Source of the DNA: an uncultured delta proteobacterium
GTDB taxonomy: Bacteria; Myxococcota_A; UBA9160; SMWR01
DNA length: 64,000 nt
Assembly (NCBI GenBank): GCA_963832165.1
Contig: CAWHTE010000007.1
Coordinates: forward strand, 768,001 to 832,000
Direction of reading: 5' to 3'
The notes beneath the pieces are model-generated. The model did not search any database. It was not told where the DNA came from and worked only from the letters and a program-made list of their open reading frames with translations. Of the stretch, positions 52,056 to 63,131 are shown piece after piece; the first letter of the stretch is position 1, and every line of letters starts with the position of its first letter. Both the position numbers and the translations under genes were made by a program.

Positions 52056-53735
52056 ATGTCCGAGCTCAACAAGTTCAGCCGACGCATCACGCAGCCGAAG
52101 TCGCAGGGTGGCTCGCAGGCGCAGCTCTACGCGGTGGGCCTCAGCGAAGCCGACATGGACAAGGCGCAGGTCGGGATCGCGAGCGTCTGGTTCGAGGGCA
52201 ACCCGTGCAACATGCACCTCCTCGATCTGGCGACGGCCGTGAAGGAGGGCGTCGCCGCGGCGGGCCTGGTCGGGCTGCGCTTCAACACGGTCGGCGTCTC
52301 CGACGGCACTTCGATGGGCACCGAGGGGATGAAGTACTCGCTCCAGTCGCGCGACCTGATCGCGGACTCGATCGAGACCGTGATGTGCGCGCAGTGGTAC
52401 GACGCGAACATCTCGATCCCGGGCTGCGACAAGAACATGCCGGGCTGCGTGATGGCGATGGGGCGGGTGAACCGGCCCTCGATCATGGTCTACGGCGGCA
52501 CGATCCGCCCAGGCAAGAGCCGCTCCGGCCAGCCGCTCGACATCGTCTCGGCGCTGACCTCGTACGGCGAGTTCATCGCGCACCGTATCGACGAGGACAC
52601 GCGCCGCGACATCGTGCGCCACGCGTGCCCGGGCGCCGGCGCGTGCGGTGGCATGTTCACCGCCAACACGATGGCGTCGGCGATCGAGGCGCTCGGCATG
52701 AGCCTGCCGGGCAGCTCGTCGACGCCGGCCGAGGATCCGGCGAAGCTGGACGAGTGCCGCCGCGCGGGCGACGCGATCAAGCACCTGCTCGAGCTCGATC
52801 TCAAGCCGCGCGACATCATGACGCGCGCCGCGTTCGAGAACGCGATGGTCGTGACGATGGTGCTCGGCGGCTCAACCAACGCCGTGCTTCACCTGATCGC
52901 GATGGCGCGCTCGGTCGGTGTGCCCCTCACGATCGACGACTTCCAGTCCGTGAGCGACCGCACGCCGTTCCTGGCCGATCTGCGGCCGAGCGGCCGCTAT
53001 GCGATGGAGGATCTCCACGACGTCGGCGGTGTGCCCGCGCTCATGAAGATGCTGCTCGCGCGCGGCGCGCTCGATGGCAGCTGCATCACGGTCACGGGCA
53101 AGACCCTCGCGGAGAACCTCGCCGATGCGCCCGATCTCGCGCCGGGTCAGACCGTGATCCACGCGTGGGACGACCCGATCAAGGAGACGGGCCACATCCA
53201 GATCCTGCGCGGCAATCTCGCTCTGGATGGCTGCGTCGCGAAGATCACCGGCAAGGAAGGGCTCGCGTTCAGCGGCACCGCGATCGCGTTCGACTCCGAG
53301 GAGGCGATGCTCGCGGCGCTCGAGCGCGGGGAGATCCGCAAGGGCCACGTGATCGTGATCCGCTACGAGGGGCCGCGCGGCGGGCCCGGCATGCGCGAGA
53401 TGCTCACGCCGACCTCGGCGATCGTGGGGATGGGGCTCGCTGCCGACACCGCGCTCGTCACGGACGGGCGCTTCTCGGGCGGATCGGCCGGATTCATCAT
53501 CGGGCACGTGACGCCCGAGGCGCAGGACGGCGGGGCGATCGCGCTCGTGCACGACGGCGACCGGATCACGATCGACGCGAAGAAGCGCACGATCGACCTC
53601 GAGGTGAGCGCCGCGGAGCTCGAACGGCGCCGCGCGGCCTGGACCGCGCCGCCGCTGCGCGCCACGCGCGGCACGCTCGCGAGGTACATCCGGAACGTGC
53701 GCCCGGCCTCCGAAGGCTGCGTGACGGACGAGTAG
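52056..53735 (+). CDS. ilvD: Dihydroxy-acid dehydratase
   Basis: [49 protein letters not shown]. Confidence 0.96.
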   Translation: MSELNKFSRRITQPKSQGGSQAQLYAVGLSEADMDKAQVGIASVWFEGNPCNMHLLDLATAVKEGVAAAGLVGLRFNTVGVSDGTSMGTEGMKYSLQSRDLIADSIETVMCAQWYDANISIPGCDKNMPGCVMAMGRVNRPSIMVYGGTIRPGKSRSGQPLDIVSALTSYGEFIAHRIDEDTRRDIVRHACPGAGACGGMFTANTMASAIEALGMSLPGSSSTPAEDPAKLDECRRAGDAIKHLLELDLKPRDIMTRAAFENAMVVTMVLGGSTNAVLHLIAMARSVGVPLTIDDFQSVSDRTPFLADLRPSGRYAMEDLHDVGGVPALMKMLLARGALDGSCITVTGKTLAENLADAPDLAPGQTVIHAWDDPIKETGHIQILRGNLALDGCVAKITGKEGLAFSGTAIAFDSEEAMLAALERGEIRKGHVIVIRYEGPRGGPGMREMLTPTSAIVGMGLAADTALVTDGRFSGGSAGFIIGHVTPEAQDGGAIALVHDGDRITIDAKKRTIDLEVSAAELERRRAAWTAPPLRATRGTLARYIRNVRPASEGCVTDE

Positions 53736-53737
53736 AC

Positions 53738-54297
53738 GTGCGCGTCTCGATCGTCATTCCCTGCTTCAACGAAGCGGAGACCATCGAGGCGCTCGTCGAA
53801 GCGGTGCGCGCCGTCGGACCTCCCAGACCGGGAGATCGTGCTCGTCGACGACGGCTCGACGGATGCGACCGATCGTGCAGGCCAAGCTCGCGGGGCGCGT
53901 CGACCGCGCGCTGCGCCACGAGCGCAACCGCGGCAAGGGCGCCGCGCTGCGCACGGGGTTCGCCGGCGGCGAGTCTCACCGCGTGCTCTATTTCTGGCAC
54001 GCGGTGATGTACAAGCTGCTCACGCTGCTCTCGAACGTGCTGACCGACTTGAACCTCACCGACATGGAGGCCTGCTACAAGGCGTTCCGGCGCGAGGTGC
54101 TCGAGCGCATCGAGCTCGAGGAGGATCGCTTCGGCTTCGAGCCCGAGATCACCGCGAAGGCGGCCCGGCTTCGCGTGCGGATCTACGAGGTGGGCGTCTC
54201 CTACGCAGGCCGCACCTACGCCGAGGGCAAGAAGGTCGGCTGGCGCGACGGCCTGCACGCCGTCTGGTGCGTGCTGAAGTACAACCTGCTGCGCTAG
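53738..54297 (+). pseudogene. GT2 (Dpm1-like) glycosyltransferase with frameshifts and internal deletion
   Basis: IPCFNE, VDDGSTD, NRGKGAALR, TDME.CYK, RFGFEPE present; the DAD-containing segment is missing. Confidence 0.8.
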
Positions 54298-54312
54298 CGG
54301 GTGGTCGTGCTC

Positions 54313-54720
54313 CTAGCGAGGAGTGCGCTCGAACGCCGGAATGCCCTCGGGCACGTGGTGCCACGCCTGCTTCTCGGCGGTGTAGATCGCCATCTGCGGC
54401 CCGCCGAACACGCTCGGATCGTCGAGCGATCCCACCTTGATCAGCACGATCCCCGCGAGCCCCGGCGCGTGCGTGAGCAGATGGGTGCCGCACTCGGCGC
54501 AGAACTCGCGCGTGACCGGCGTCGCGAGATCCTTGCGCTGGAACGGCTTGCCCGCGCCGCGCGTATACGCGAAGCCGGTCGCGGGCACACCCATCACGAA
54601 GTTCGGGGCGCCGCCCGTGATGTACTGACACTCGCGGCAGTGACACTGGCCCTTGAGCACCGCATCGCCCTCGATGCGGTAACGCACCGCGCCGCAGTAG
54701 CAACCGCCTTCGACGTTCAT
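54313..54720 (-). CDS. GFA (CENP-V) family protein
   Basis: GGCYCGAVRY, CHCRECQ, FCAECGT. Confidence 0.92.
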   Translation of the reverse strand: MNVEGGCYCGAVRYRIEGDAVLKGQCHCRECQYITGGAPNFVMGVPATGFAYTRGAGKPFQRKDLATPVTREFCAECGTHLLTHAPGLAGIVLIKVGSLDDPSVFGGPQMAIYTAEKQAWHHVPEGIPAFERTPR

Positions 54721-54733
54721 TGCGATCCTCCTG

Positions 54734-55759
54734 TCATTCTGCGCGCGCGATCTCCTCGATCCGCGCGAGCGCTTCGTCGATGTCGCCCGCCGACACGTCG
54801 AGATGCGTGACGGCGCGGAAGCGACCCGGAGCGATCTGGTTGATGCGCAGCGCGCGATCGCGCAGGCCGCGCGCGAACGCGGCGGCGTCATCAACCTCGA
54901 ACATCACCATGTTCGTCTCGGGCGCGGGACGCACGGCGATGCCCAGCGCGGCCAGTCCCTCGGCGAGCCGTTTCGCGTTCGCGTGGTCGAGCGCGAGCCG
55001 ATCGATGTGATGGTCGAGCGCGTACAGGCCCGCGGCCGCGAGGATCCCCGCCTGGCGCATCGCGCCGCCGAGCAGCTTGCGCGCGCGGTGCACCTCGCGG
55101 ATCTGCGCATGGCTGCCGCACACGAGCGAGCCCACGGGCGCGCCGAGCCCCTTCGAGAGGCAGAAGCTCACCGTGTCGAACGGCTCGGCCCAGACCGCGG
55201 CGGGCACCCCCGTCGCGATCACCGCATTGAACAGCCGCGCGCCGTCGAGGTGGATCCCGAGCCCGAGCTCGCGCGCGGCGGCAGCCGCGTCGCGCAGCGC
55301 GTCGAGCGGGAAGATCCGGCCGCCCGCGAAGTTGTGGGTATTCTCGAACGCGAGCACGCGCGTGGGCGCGACGTGGGAATCCTGGGAGGGAACCACGGCC
55401 TGCCGCACGTCGCGCGCGTCGAACAGGCCGTCGCGGCCGATCGTCTTCACGTGCACGCCCCAGAGCGCGGCCGGCGCACCCGCCTCGTAGCGCAACAGGT
55501 GTGCGTTCTCGCTCGCGAGCACCACGTCTCCCGGGCGCGTGAGCGTGCGCAGCGACGCCTGGTTCCCCATGCTGCCCGACGGCACGAACAGCGCGGCTTC
55601 CTTGCCGAGCAGCGCAGCCGCGCGGCGCTGCAGCGCATCCACGGTCGGGTCTTCGCCGTAGACGTCGTCGCCGACGGGTGCCTTCGCGATCGCCTCGCGC
55701 ATCGCGGGCGTCGGCTGGGTGACGGTGTCGCTGCGCAGGTCGATCGATCGGAGGCTCAC
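54734..55759 (-). CDS. ltaE: Low-specificity L-threonine aldolase
   Basis: [45 protein letters not shown]. Confidence 0.93.
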   Translation of the reverse strand: MSLRSIDLRSDTVTQPTPAMREAIAKAPVGDDVYGEDPTVDALQRRAAALLGKEAALFVPSGSMGNQASLRTLTRPGDVVLASENAHLLRYEAGAPAALWGVHVKTIGRDGLFDARDVRQAVVPSQDSHVAPTRVLAFENTHNFAGGRIFPLDALRDAAAAARELGLGIHLDGARLFNAVIATGVPAAVWAEPFDTVSFCLSKGLGAPVGSLVCGSHAQIREVHRARKLLGGAMRQAGILAAAGLYALDHHIDRLALDHANAKRLAEGLAALGIAVRPAPETNMVMFEVDDAAAFARGLRDRALRINQIAPGRFRAVTHLDVSAGDIDEALARIEEIARAE

Positions 55760-57156
55760 GTCCGCGGCCAGTCGTGCGCCCACGGCCGCGCGCGTTCGAA
55801 CGCGAACGCGGCTTGCAGCACGAGATCGTCGCGGTGGCGCGGCGCGGCGATCTGCAGGCCGACCGGCAGTCCCGCCTTCGAAAGACCCGCTCGCACCGTG
55901 GCCGCGGGGTGCCAGGACAGGTTCCACGGAATCGTGAAGCTCGCGACGCCGACGGGCGCCTGGACGCGGCCCTCGGTCTCCGCGGGCAGGGGTCCGCGCG
56001 CGGGCGGCGCATCGAACGGAACCGTCGGCGTGAGCACGAGGTCGTAGCGATCGAATATTTCGGCGCACCAGCGGTTGAGCTTCTCGCGCTCGCGGCGGAT
56101 CTCCGCCCAGAACAAAGGTGTCATGCGCCGCCCCGCGAGCATGCCCTGGAGATAACCGCGCCCGAACTCGTGCTCGTGCTCGGCCAACAGGGGCTCGATC
56201 TTCCCCAGCCCCTCGAACGCACCGAGCATGCCCCACTTGCGGCCGAGCTCCGGCGGGCCGCCCTCGAACTCCTCGAAGCGGTGGTCCTGCGCGAAGAAGC
56301 GCGCCGCATCGTACGCGAGGTCGGCGACGTCGCTCTGCACCACGGCATAGCCGAAATCCGCCGAATAGCCGACGCGCAGCCCGCTCGGCAGATCGCCGAG
56401 CACCGCGCGGTACGAGATGCCCGGGTGCGGCAGCGAGTTGGGGTCGCGCGGGTGTGCGCCCGCGGTGAGATCGAGGAACAGCGCGGCGTCTTCGACCGTG
56501 CGCGTGAGCGGTCCGTGCACGGCGGTGTCGTCCATCACCCAGAGCTCGCCGTCGTGCGGGATCCGGCCGTAGCTCGGCTTGAGCCCGAAGCAGCCCGTGA
56601 ACGATGCGGGCAGGCGCACCGATCCTCCGCCGTCGCTCGCGGTGACGAGCGAGACGACGCCACCCGCGATCGCCGCGGAGGATCCGCCCGACGACCCGCC
56701 CGGCGTGCGCTCGAGATTCCACGGATTGCGCGACGCGCCGAACAGCAGGTTCTTGGTGATCGCGGTATGCCCGAACTCGGGAGCGTTGGTCTTGCCGACC
56801 ACGATGGCGCCGGCGCCGCGCAGCCGCTCCACCTGGGCCGAGTCGGCGCTCGCGAGGTTGTCCTTGAACGGAACCGAGCCGTGCGACGTCACGAGCCCGC
56901 GCGCGTCTTCGAGGTCCTTCACGCCGAGCGGGATCCCCTCGAGCGGGCGCGCGTCGCCGCTCGCGATCCGCTGATCCGCGGCGCGCGCTGCAGCGAGCAA
57001 TGCATCGCGATCGTCGACCGCGGCGAACGCATTGAGCGTCTCGTGCGTCGCGTCGATGCGCCCGAGCGTCTCGGTCATGAGCTCGACGGCCGAGACCGAT
57101 CGCCGCGCGAGCGCTTCGATCTGCTGGGTGAGGGGGCGGAACAGGAGATCCGACAT
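55756..57156 (-). CDS. Amidase signature family protein
   Basis: [34 protein letters not shown]. Confidence 0.93.
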   Translation of the reverse strand: MSDLLFRPLTQQIEALARRSVSAVELMTETLGRIDATHETLNAFAAVDDRDALLAAARAADQRIASGDARPLEGIPLGVKDLEDARGLVTSHGSVPFKDNLASADSAQVERLRGAGAIVVGKTNAPEFGHTAITKNLLFGASRNPWNLERTPGGSSGGSSAAIAGGVVSLVTASDGGGSVRLPASFTGCFGLKPSYGRIPHDGELWVMDDTAVHGPLTRTVEDAALFLDLTAGAHPRDPNSLPHPGISYRAVLGDLPSGLRVGYSADFGYAVVQSDVADLAYDAARFFAQDHRFEEFEGGPPELGRKWGMLGAFEGLGKIEPLLAEHEHEFGRGYLQGMLAGRRMTPLFWAEIRREREKLNRWCAEIFDRYDLVLTPTVPFDAPPARGPLPAETEGRVQAPVGVASFTIPWNLSWHPAATVRAGLSKAGLPVGLQIAAPRHRDDLVLQAAFAFERARPWAHDWPRT

Positions 57157-57194
57157 GGCGGTACCTCGCGGTGTTCGGGGTGCCCGCCAGCTTA

Positions 57195-58016
57195 TCAGCT
57201 GGGCGCAGGCGCGTGGGCGGAGAGGTGCTGGGTGACCGCGACGATCACCTCGATCGGGCGCTCCAGGTGGACGTTGTGTCCCGCACCCGAGATCTCGATC
57301 AGCCGCGCAGACGGCAGCTTCGCCACTGCCGCTTCCGCGCCGTCTCTCGTGAGCAGCGTGCTGTGGGCCCCGCGGATCACGAGCGCCGGGCAGCGCACGT
57401 CCTCGAGCCGTTCGTGCGGCGTCGGCGGCAGCCCGAACCAGCGTGGATCGAATTTGTAGACGAACCGGCCATCGGGCAGCTCGCGGATCGAGCGCTCGGC
57501 GAGCGACTCGCGCACGCGTTCGGACACACCCGGTGTCGACGGCATCAGGCGGTAGCGCGCGATCGCCTCTTCGCGCGTCGCGTAGGAGCGACGCAGCGAG
57601 AGCGCGAGGCGCGTGCGGCGACGCTCGCGCGCGGCCGCACCGAACGAGACCTCGATCGCCACGAGCCCCCACACGCGGGGATGTCGAGCGGCGAAATCGA
57701 GTGCGATGTGACCACCCATCGAATGCCCGACGAGTGCTATGTCTTCGTGGCCGAGCTCTGCGACGAGCGCTTCGAGATCGCGATGAAACGCGCCGACGAC
57801 GAGCTCTTCGGGATGATCGCTGTCTCCGTGACCGCGAAAATCCAGACACACGACCCGGAAGTGCTCCGCGAGTGACGGGGCGATTTCGTCCCACCAATGC
57901 AGGTTTGCGCCGCCGCCGTGCAACATCACCACGCACGGTGAACTCGGGTCGCCGCGCAGCTCGGCGTTGAGGGAGACCCCGTCGAGCTCGGGTCGGGTGA
58001 AGCGCAGCGTCTCCAT
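57195..58016 (-). CDS. Alpha/beta hydrolase
   Basis: [24 protein letters not shown]. Confidence 0.92.
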   Translation of the reverse strand: METLRFTRPELDGVSLNAELRGDPSSPCVVMLHGGGANLHWWDEIAPSLAEHFRVVCLDFRGHGDSDHPEELVVGAFHRDLEALVAELGHEDIALVGHSMGGHIALDFAARHPRVWGLVAIEVSFGAAARERRRTRLALSLRRSYATREEAIARYRLMPSTPGVSERVRESLAERSIRELPDGRFVYKFDPRWFGLPPTPHERLEDVRCPALVIRGAHSTLLTRDGAEAAVAKLPSARLIEISGAGHNVHLERPIEVIVAVTQHLSAHAPAPS

Positions 58017-58258
58017 GTCGCGCGCCGATGCTAGCCCGGCGGTGCCCCTCGCGTGCGTCTGTCGCGGTCGAGTGAGCCCGCACACGCACAACTCGGGCTC
58101 CGATCGAGGCAGCGCGGAAATGGCTCGGGGAGCCCGAAATCGGGCGTTTTTCGATTGTCACCGACGCTCGACACCCCTATGATCCGGCCCGCCTTCGAGC
58201 ATTCGACGTGTTCGACGAGCCGAAAACGTGACCGAGAAATGTGGAGTGGGAGGAACCG

Positions 58259-58462
58259 ATGGCAGCCAAGAAGAAGGCCGCGAAGGCGACGGGTGGTGAT
58301 CTGATCATCTCCAAGTCGCGCACCAAGGCCGCAGCGAAGAAGTGCAACGTCGGGAGCGAGTTCTATGGCGCGCTCGACAAGAAGGTTCGAGCGATCATCG
58401 CGGACGCCGAGGGGCGCGCGACCGGCAACAAGCGCAAGACGCTGAAGGCCGTCGACCTCTAG
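58259..58462 (+). CDS. Bacterial histone-fold protein (DUF1931/HMf-like) with Lys-rich N-tail
   Basis: 67 aa, basic; LII.KS..K...NV..EF..AL...V..II..A..RA..N.RKTL...DL histone pattern (RxTxxxxD); GGAGG RBS. Confidence 0.82.
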   Translation: MAAKKKAAKATGGDLIISKSRTKAAAKKCNVGSEFYGALDKKVRAIIADAEGRATGNKRKTLKAVDL

Positions 58463-58492
58463 CCTCGAAGGCTGGAGCGTCGGGGATCTAAG

Positions 58493-58523
58493 ACGGGCCC
58501 GCCGGCAATGCCGGCGGGCCCGT
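58493..58523. terminator. Hairpin between convergent histone and CocE-like genes
   Basis: Perfect 14-bp stem ACGGGCCCGCCGGC-aat-GCCGGCGGGCCCGT. Confidence 0.7.
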
Positions 58524-58538
58524 TCTGCTGGAGCCCGG

Positions 58539-60158
58539 CTACGGAACCGCGTAGAACCGCAGCGCCGATGGGCGCTCGTGGTCGTGATACACGGTGCGCA
58601 CGAGCGGCGCGGGGTCGCCGGGCTCACAGCGCGCGAAGCGCGGCAGCGACGAGCCCGCCACCTCGACGCGCAGCCGCGTCCCCGCGGCGATCCGCGCCGC
58701 CGCGACGCCGAGATCGATTTCGAATGGGCCTGCGTCCGGGTGCGCGCGCGCGATGCCCTCGGCGAGCCAGCGCGCGGCGCCGTTCGGCGCGACCGCGACG
58801 AGCTTCGCGCTCGTGTCCTGCGCGGATGCGGGCGCGTCCGCGTGCAGGCAGAGCCGCACGCGGCCCGCGATCTCGAGCGATGCCGAGAGCGGCTCGCCCG
58901 TGAAGCAGAGCACGTCGCCGCGCTCCTCCACGGGTCGCTGATCGACGGCGCCCGCGACACCCGCGACGGCCGCACCGCCCAGCGAGGGAACGGGATCCGC
59001 CGGATCCGACACGAACGAGTCGGCGCGGTCCTGGCCGGGCTCGGCCGCGAGCCGGCCATCTCCCGCGGCCGAGTTCGCGGAGCCATCGCCGCGCAGGTAG
59101 AGCGTGTGCTCGCGCGTCGATTCGGGCGGCCAGCGCAGCGCCTCGCGCCAGCCCGCACCGCGCACGAACACGCGCGCGGGCACGTCGCGCACGGGACGCG
59201 CTCCCACGGCGTGCGCGACGAAGCGGAGCACGGCGCGCGAGGTCACCGCGATGAGGTTCGTCCCGCGCGCGCGCTCCTCGCGCGGAATCGGTGCGGCGCC
59301 CCAGGGCCCGATCAGCAGCTCGGGCGCGGCGAGCCCGCGCTCGGCGTTGTGCGCGGAGATCGTCTCGAAGTCGGCATAGACCGCCGGGAACGCGCACTCG
59401 TACCAACCGCCCAGGAACAGCGCGCGCGGCGGTGACGCGGGGAGCGCGGGCGTGCGATCGCGCCACCACGCGTCTCGCTTCGGATGCGCGAGCCAATCGC
59501 GAAACGCAGAAAGCTCGCGCAGCGCGACGCGGTCGCACTCGCCGAGCGGGCGATGGCGCGCAGCGCGATCGAGATCGAGCGCGCTGGGCTCGTAGCCGAA
59601 GCGACCGTCGACGCGCGCGGCGAGAGCGAGTGCCGCTTCGAGCTGCAGCACACCGCCCGGGTGCAGCCACGCATACGGATCGCGCGCGCCGAATCCCGCG
59701 ACGAGCCCCGCCACGGGCGCGCTCGCGGCCGATAGCGCGGCCCACGCCGCGAACGCGGAGTAGCCGACGCCGAGCAGCACGACTGATCCGTCGCACCAGG
59801 GCTGCTCGGAGATCCAGCGCAGCGCCGCGTCTCCGTCGGCGACCTCGTCGGCGAACGGCCGGAACTCACCCTCCGAGGCATCGCGGCCGCGACAGGTCTG
59901 GATCGCCACGGTGCGGCCGTCCTCGGCGAGCCAGTGGGCCAGGCGTTCGATCGGGCTTCCCGCGTTACCGCCCGCGAGCGGGCGCTCGGTGCGGATCAGC
60001 ACGGTGCCGCGCCGGACGCTCGCGTCGCTGGGTCGCAGCACGCGCGTCGCGAGCCGCACACCGTCGGCCGCCGTCATCCACGCGTTCGACTCGAGCACCG
60101 CCGAGCGCGCGGGCGGGAGGCCGAGCCACCGCCGCTCGAGGCGACGGCGAGCGCTCAA
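58539..60158 (-). CDS. CocE/NonD-family hydrolase homolog
   Basis: DGVRLA, RGR..SEG.F, DG...L.WI..QPW.DG, DP.DPVP, DQR.VE.R.DVL.FT; TTG overlaps the upstream stop. Confidence 0.85.
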   Translation of the reverse strand: MSARRRLERRWLGLPPARSAVLESNAWMTAADGVRLATRVLRPSDASVRRGTVLIRTERPLAGGNAGSPIERLAHWLAEDGRTVAIQTCRGRDASEGEFRPFADEVADGDAALRWISEQPWCDGSVVLLGVGYSAFAAWAALSAASAPVAGLVAGFGARDPYAWLHPGGVLQLEAALALAARVDGRFGYEPSALDLDRAARHRPLGECDRVALRELSAFRDWLAHPKRDAWWRDRTPALPASPPRALFLGGWYECAFPAVYADFETISAHNAERGLAAPELLIGPWGAAPIPREERARGTNLIAVTSRAVLRFVAHAVGARPVRDVPARVFVRGAGWREALRWPPESTREHTLYLRGDGSANSAAGDGRLAAEPGQDRADSFVSDPADPVPSLGGAAVAGVAGAVDQRPVEERGDVLCFTGEPLSASLEIAGRVRLCLHADAPASAQDTSAKLVAVAPNGAARWLAEGIARAHPDAGPFEIDLGVAAARIAAGTRLRVEVAGSSLPRFARCEPGDPAPLVRTVYHDHERPSALRFYAVP

Positions 60159-61292
60159 GCGCGTGCGCCGTCGGGATCGAGGTTGACGCCGACCCGGAAC
60201 AGGTGTTCGACGCCCGCGCGCCGCAGCACCTCCGGATCGCGCAGGCCGTGCTCCGCGGCGAGATGGGCGAGCCCCGCGCTCGCGAAGCGCGCGGCCTTCG
60301 CGATCGCGGCCGGCGTCGACTCGGCGTCGCCGAGCGGCAGGCGGTCGGCCACGGCGATCCGGTTCGCGAGCGCGATCAACGCGTAGAAGATCGCGCGGCG
60401 CTCCACCTCGTCGAGCTCGGCGATCGCGCGGAAGATCCGATCGCCCGCGCCGCCGGTCGCGGGCAGCTGGGGTAGCCAGATCGGGCAGCGGCCACTCCGC
60501 GGGCACGAGCGTCTCTTCCGCCGGAAGCTCGCGACGCGCGCGCTCGTCGAGGAACCGGTACACGCGCATCGCGTCGTCCCAGGTCGGGAAGCCCAGATCC
60601 TCGAGCCGGCCCGTGCGCCAGCGCAGCGCCCACTCTTCCGAATCGGATTCGAGCTCCCACATGATCGCCTGCATCAGGCGGAAGTAGCTCCAGTACGCGC
60701 TCTCGAACAGCGAGCGCAAGAGACCCGTGACGTCGGCGATGTCGTCGCCGTCGGCGAGCGCCCAGTAGTGGAACTGCCCCTCGAGCGTCAGCGAGTCGGC
60801 GGGCGGCGACCAGCCCTGCCAATCGTCGGGCTTCTGCTCGACGCCGATCCGCGCGCGCAGCGCGAGCACGAGCAGCTCGCTGTCGATCGACTCGAGCGTG
60901 CGCACCTGCGCTTCTGACGAGGTACGCGCGAACGCCTGGAGCCACTCGTTCGCGGTCGCGATGTCGACGTCGTTGCCGCGCCACGCGTCGAGATCGAGCG
61001 CCGCGACGGTCTGCTCGGGTGTCGCGTACTCGATCACCCACGCCGCATCGGCGAGGCCGATCGCCTTGACCGTGAAGCAGAACTCCGCGGGCGGGAGCTC
61101 CGGGATCAGCGCTTCGGGATTCGGTACGAGCCCGAGGATGCGGCCGCGGTCCGCGAGCGGCGACTCGCACACGATCGCCACCTGCGCGTCGAGCGGAAGG
61201 CCGGCGAGCGCCCGTTCGGCCGCTTTCGGATCGCGGCGCGCGAGAGCGAGCAGCTCTTGCGCGCCGGGTTCGGTGCGAGCGACCCCGTCCAT
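60155..61292 (-). CDS. DUF6178-like protein (frameshift near 60480)
   Basis: LDLDAW, EE.ALRWR.GRLEDLGF, then LAN...VAD and LFRVG in ORF 60155..60406. Confidence 0.7.
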
Positions 61293-61337
61293 CGCGGCGC
61301 GAGGGTAGCAGGGGCTGCTGCGGCTATGCTCCCCGCC

Positions 61338-61973
61338 GTGACCTCCGTCGATCAGATCCGCCTCTCCCTCGCTGCCCGAAAGCCGGTGCTCTTGCCCGTG
61401 GGTCGGGTGCGCCACGCCGCGGTCGCGATGGTGCTCGCCGAGGGAAAGTCGGGAACGGAGGTGCTGTTCATCGAACGCGCGCGCGCCCTGGGTGATCCGT
61501 GGTCGGGCCACATGGCGTTCCCGGGCGGCCGCGTCGATCCGGGTGATGCGAGCGGCCGCGCGGCGGCCGAGCGCGAGACGCTCGAGGAAGTGGGACTCTC
61601 GCTGGCCGGGTCCGAGCTGCTCGGACGCCTCGACGACAAGACAGGCAACCCGCGCACGAACCCCGAGCTCGTGATCTCCGCGTTCGTCTACCACTCGCCA
61701 TCGCCGGGTGCGCTCGCGATCAACCACGAAGTGCAGGACGCGTTCTGGTTCCCGCTCGACGGGCTGCTCGATCGCGCGCGCCACGTGCAGTACACCGCGC
61801 ACGGCGAGTACGAGTTTCCGGGCATCCTGGTCGGCGAGCCGGACCGCCACGTGGTCTGGGGGCTGACCTACAGCTTCCTCGAGTCGTTCTTCGTCACGCT
61901 CGGAACGCCGCTGCCCGACCGCTGGACCGCAGAGATGAGGAGCTTCGCACGCCAGATCGAGCAGCGGAGTTAG
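61338..61973 (+). CDS. Nudix hydrolase, CoA pyrophosphatase type
   Basis: AAVA, WSGHMAFPGG, AERETLEEVG, VWGLT. Confidence 0.92.
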   Translation: MTSVDQIRLSLAARKPVLLPVGRVRHAAVAMVLAEGKSGTEVLFIERARALGDPWSGHMAFPGGRVDPGDASGRAAAERETLEEVGLSLAGSELLGRLDDKTGNPRTNPELVISAFVYHSPSPGALAINHEVQDAFWFPLDGLLDRARHVQYTAHGEYEFPGILVGEPDRHVVWGLTYSFLESFFVTLGTPLPDRWTAEMRSFARQIEQRS

Positions 61974-62179
61974 TCGGTGCGGGGCGATTCCGGCATGTCG
62001 GGATCACCGGGCTCGAACGCATGACACGCGCGCACGGGAAGCGGCGGATATCGCAGCAGCGACGGGTCCTCGTCGGCTCGCCGACAGCGCCAGAACTCGC
62101 TGCCGCGCGCACTGCGCTGCACCACCGCGTGCACGCATCTCGCGCACAGACCCACGCGCGCAACCCGGGCGTCACTCAC
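61970..62179 (-). CDS. Small Cys-rich hypothetical protein
   Basis: GLC..C.H...RGS.FW.C...YP.LPV..C; fills the gap between neighbouring genes. Confidence 0.6.
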   Translation of the reverse strand: MSDARVARVGLCARCVHAVVQRSARGSEFWRCRRADEDPSLLRYPPLPVRACHAFEPGDPDMPESPRTD

Positions 62180-62212
62180 GGCGCCGGCGCCTCCACCTAG
62201 CGCGGGGCCCCC

Positions 62213-63124
62213 ATGGGTGGCAGTCTACAGCGCGCCGTGGGGCGCTGGAAGCGGATCCTCGATCGACTCGAGCGAGTGCTCGCCCTCTCGGAGCGCGCCC
62301 TCGAGTCGCAGAGCGGCGCGGATCCAGGAACCGCGCTGTTCGAGCGCGCCACGGCGTTGCGCTGGGATGCGCGGCGCGGGTCCGGGCGTCTGCGGCCGAT
62401 CGAACGGCCGCAGCTCTTCGATCTCGAGGATCTGGTCGGGATCGACAGCGCGCTCGACCGCCTGATCGCCAACACCGAGCAGTTCCTGGCCGGGCTCCCG
62501 TTCAATCACGTGCTGCTTCACGGCGAGCGCGGCACGGGAAAATCGTCGGCGGTGCGCGGTCTGCTCGAGCGCTATGCGGACGGCGGTCTGCGCATCGTGG
62601 AGTTGCACCGCGCCGATCTGCTCGACCTGCCCGACGTGCTCGAGCTGCTCGCGCGCGCGCCACAGCGCTTCGTGATCTTCTGCGACGATCTCTCGTTCGA
62701 TTCCGGCGATCCGGGCTATCGCGAGCTCAAGGCGGCGCTCGAGGGCAGCCTCGCGGCGCCGGCTCCGAACGTCTGCATCGTCGCCACGAGCAACCGGCGC
62801 CATCTGATCCAGGAGCGGGTATCCGACAACGCGCAGATCGGTCTCGACGCCGCGGGCGACCTCCACGTCGGCGAGACGGTCGACGAGAAGCTCGCGCTCT
62901 CCGATCGATTCGGGCTGGTGATCGGCTTCTATCCCTTCGATCAGGATGCCTACCTCGAGGTGGTGAAGCACTACGCTGCGAAGGCCGCGCTCGAGACGCC
63001 CTGGGAAGAGCTGCGCGCCGAGGCGCTGCGCTGGGCGCTGCGGCGCGCGAGCCGCTCGGGTCGCAGCGCGAAGCAGTTCGTCGACGACTGGGCCGGCCGC
63101 AAGGCCCTGGCGCACACGCGGTAG
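62213..63124 (+). CDS. DUF815 AAA+ ATP-binding protein
   Basis: NTEQF, GERGTGKSS, FCDDLSF, ATSNRRHL, LSDRFGL, SGRSA. Confidence 0.92.
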   Translation: MGGSLQRAVGRWKRILDRLERVLALSERALESQSGADPGTALFERATALRWDARRGSGRLRPIERPQLFDLEDLVGIDSALDRLIANTEQFLAGLPFNHVLLHGERGTGKSSAVRGLLERYADGGLRIVELHRADLLDLPDVLELLARAPQRFVIFCDDLSFDSGDPGYRELKAALEGSLAAPAPNVCIVATSNRRHLIQERVSDNAQIGLDAAGDLHVGETVDEKLALSDRFGLVIGFYPFDQDAYLEVVKHYAAKAALETPWEELRAEALRWALRRASRSGRSAKQFVDDWAGRKALAHTR

Positions 63125-63131
63125 GAGGGGG

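Noticed and set aside
58539..61850. 1103-aa DUF6178-CocE fusion ORF
   Set aside because: The frameshift near 60480 joins two genes; the DUF6178-like gene ends at 60155 in another frame
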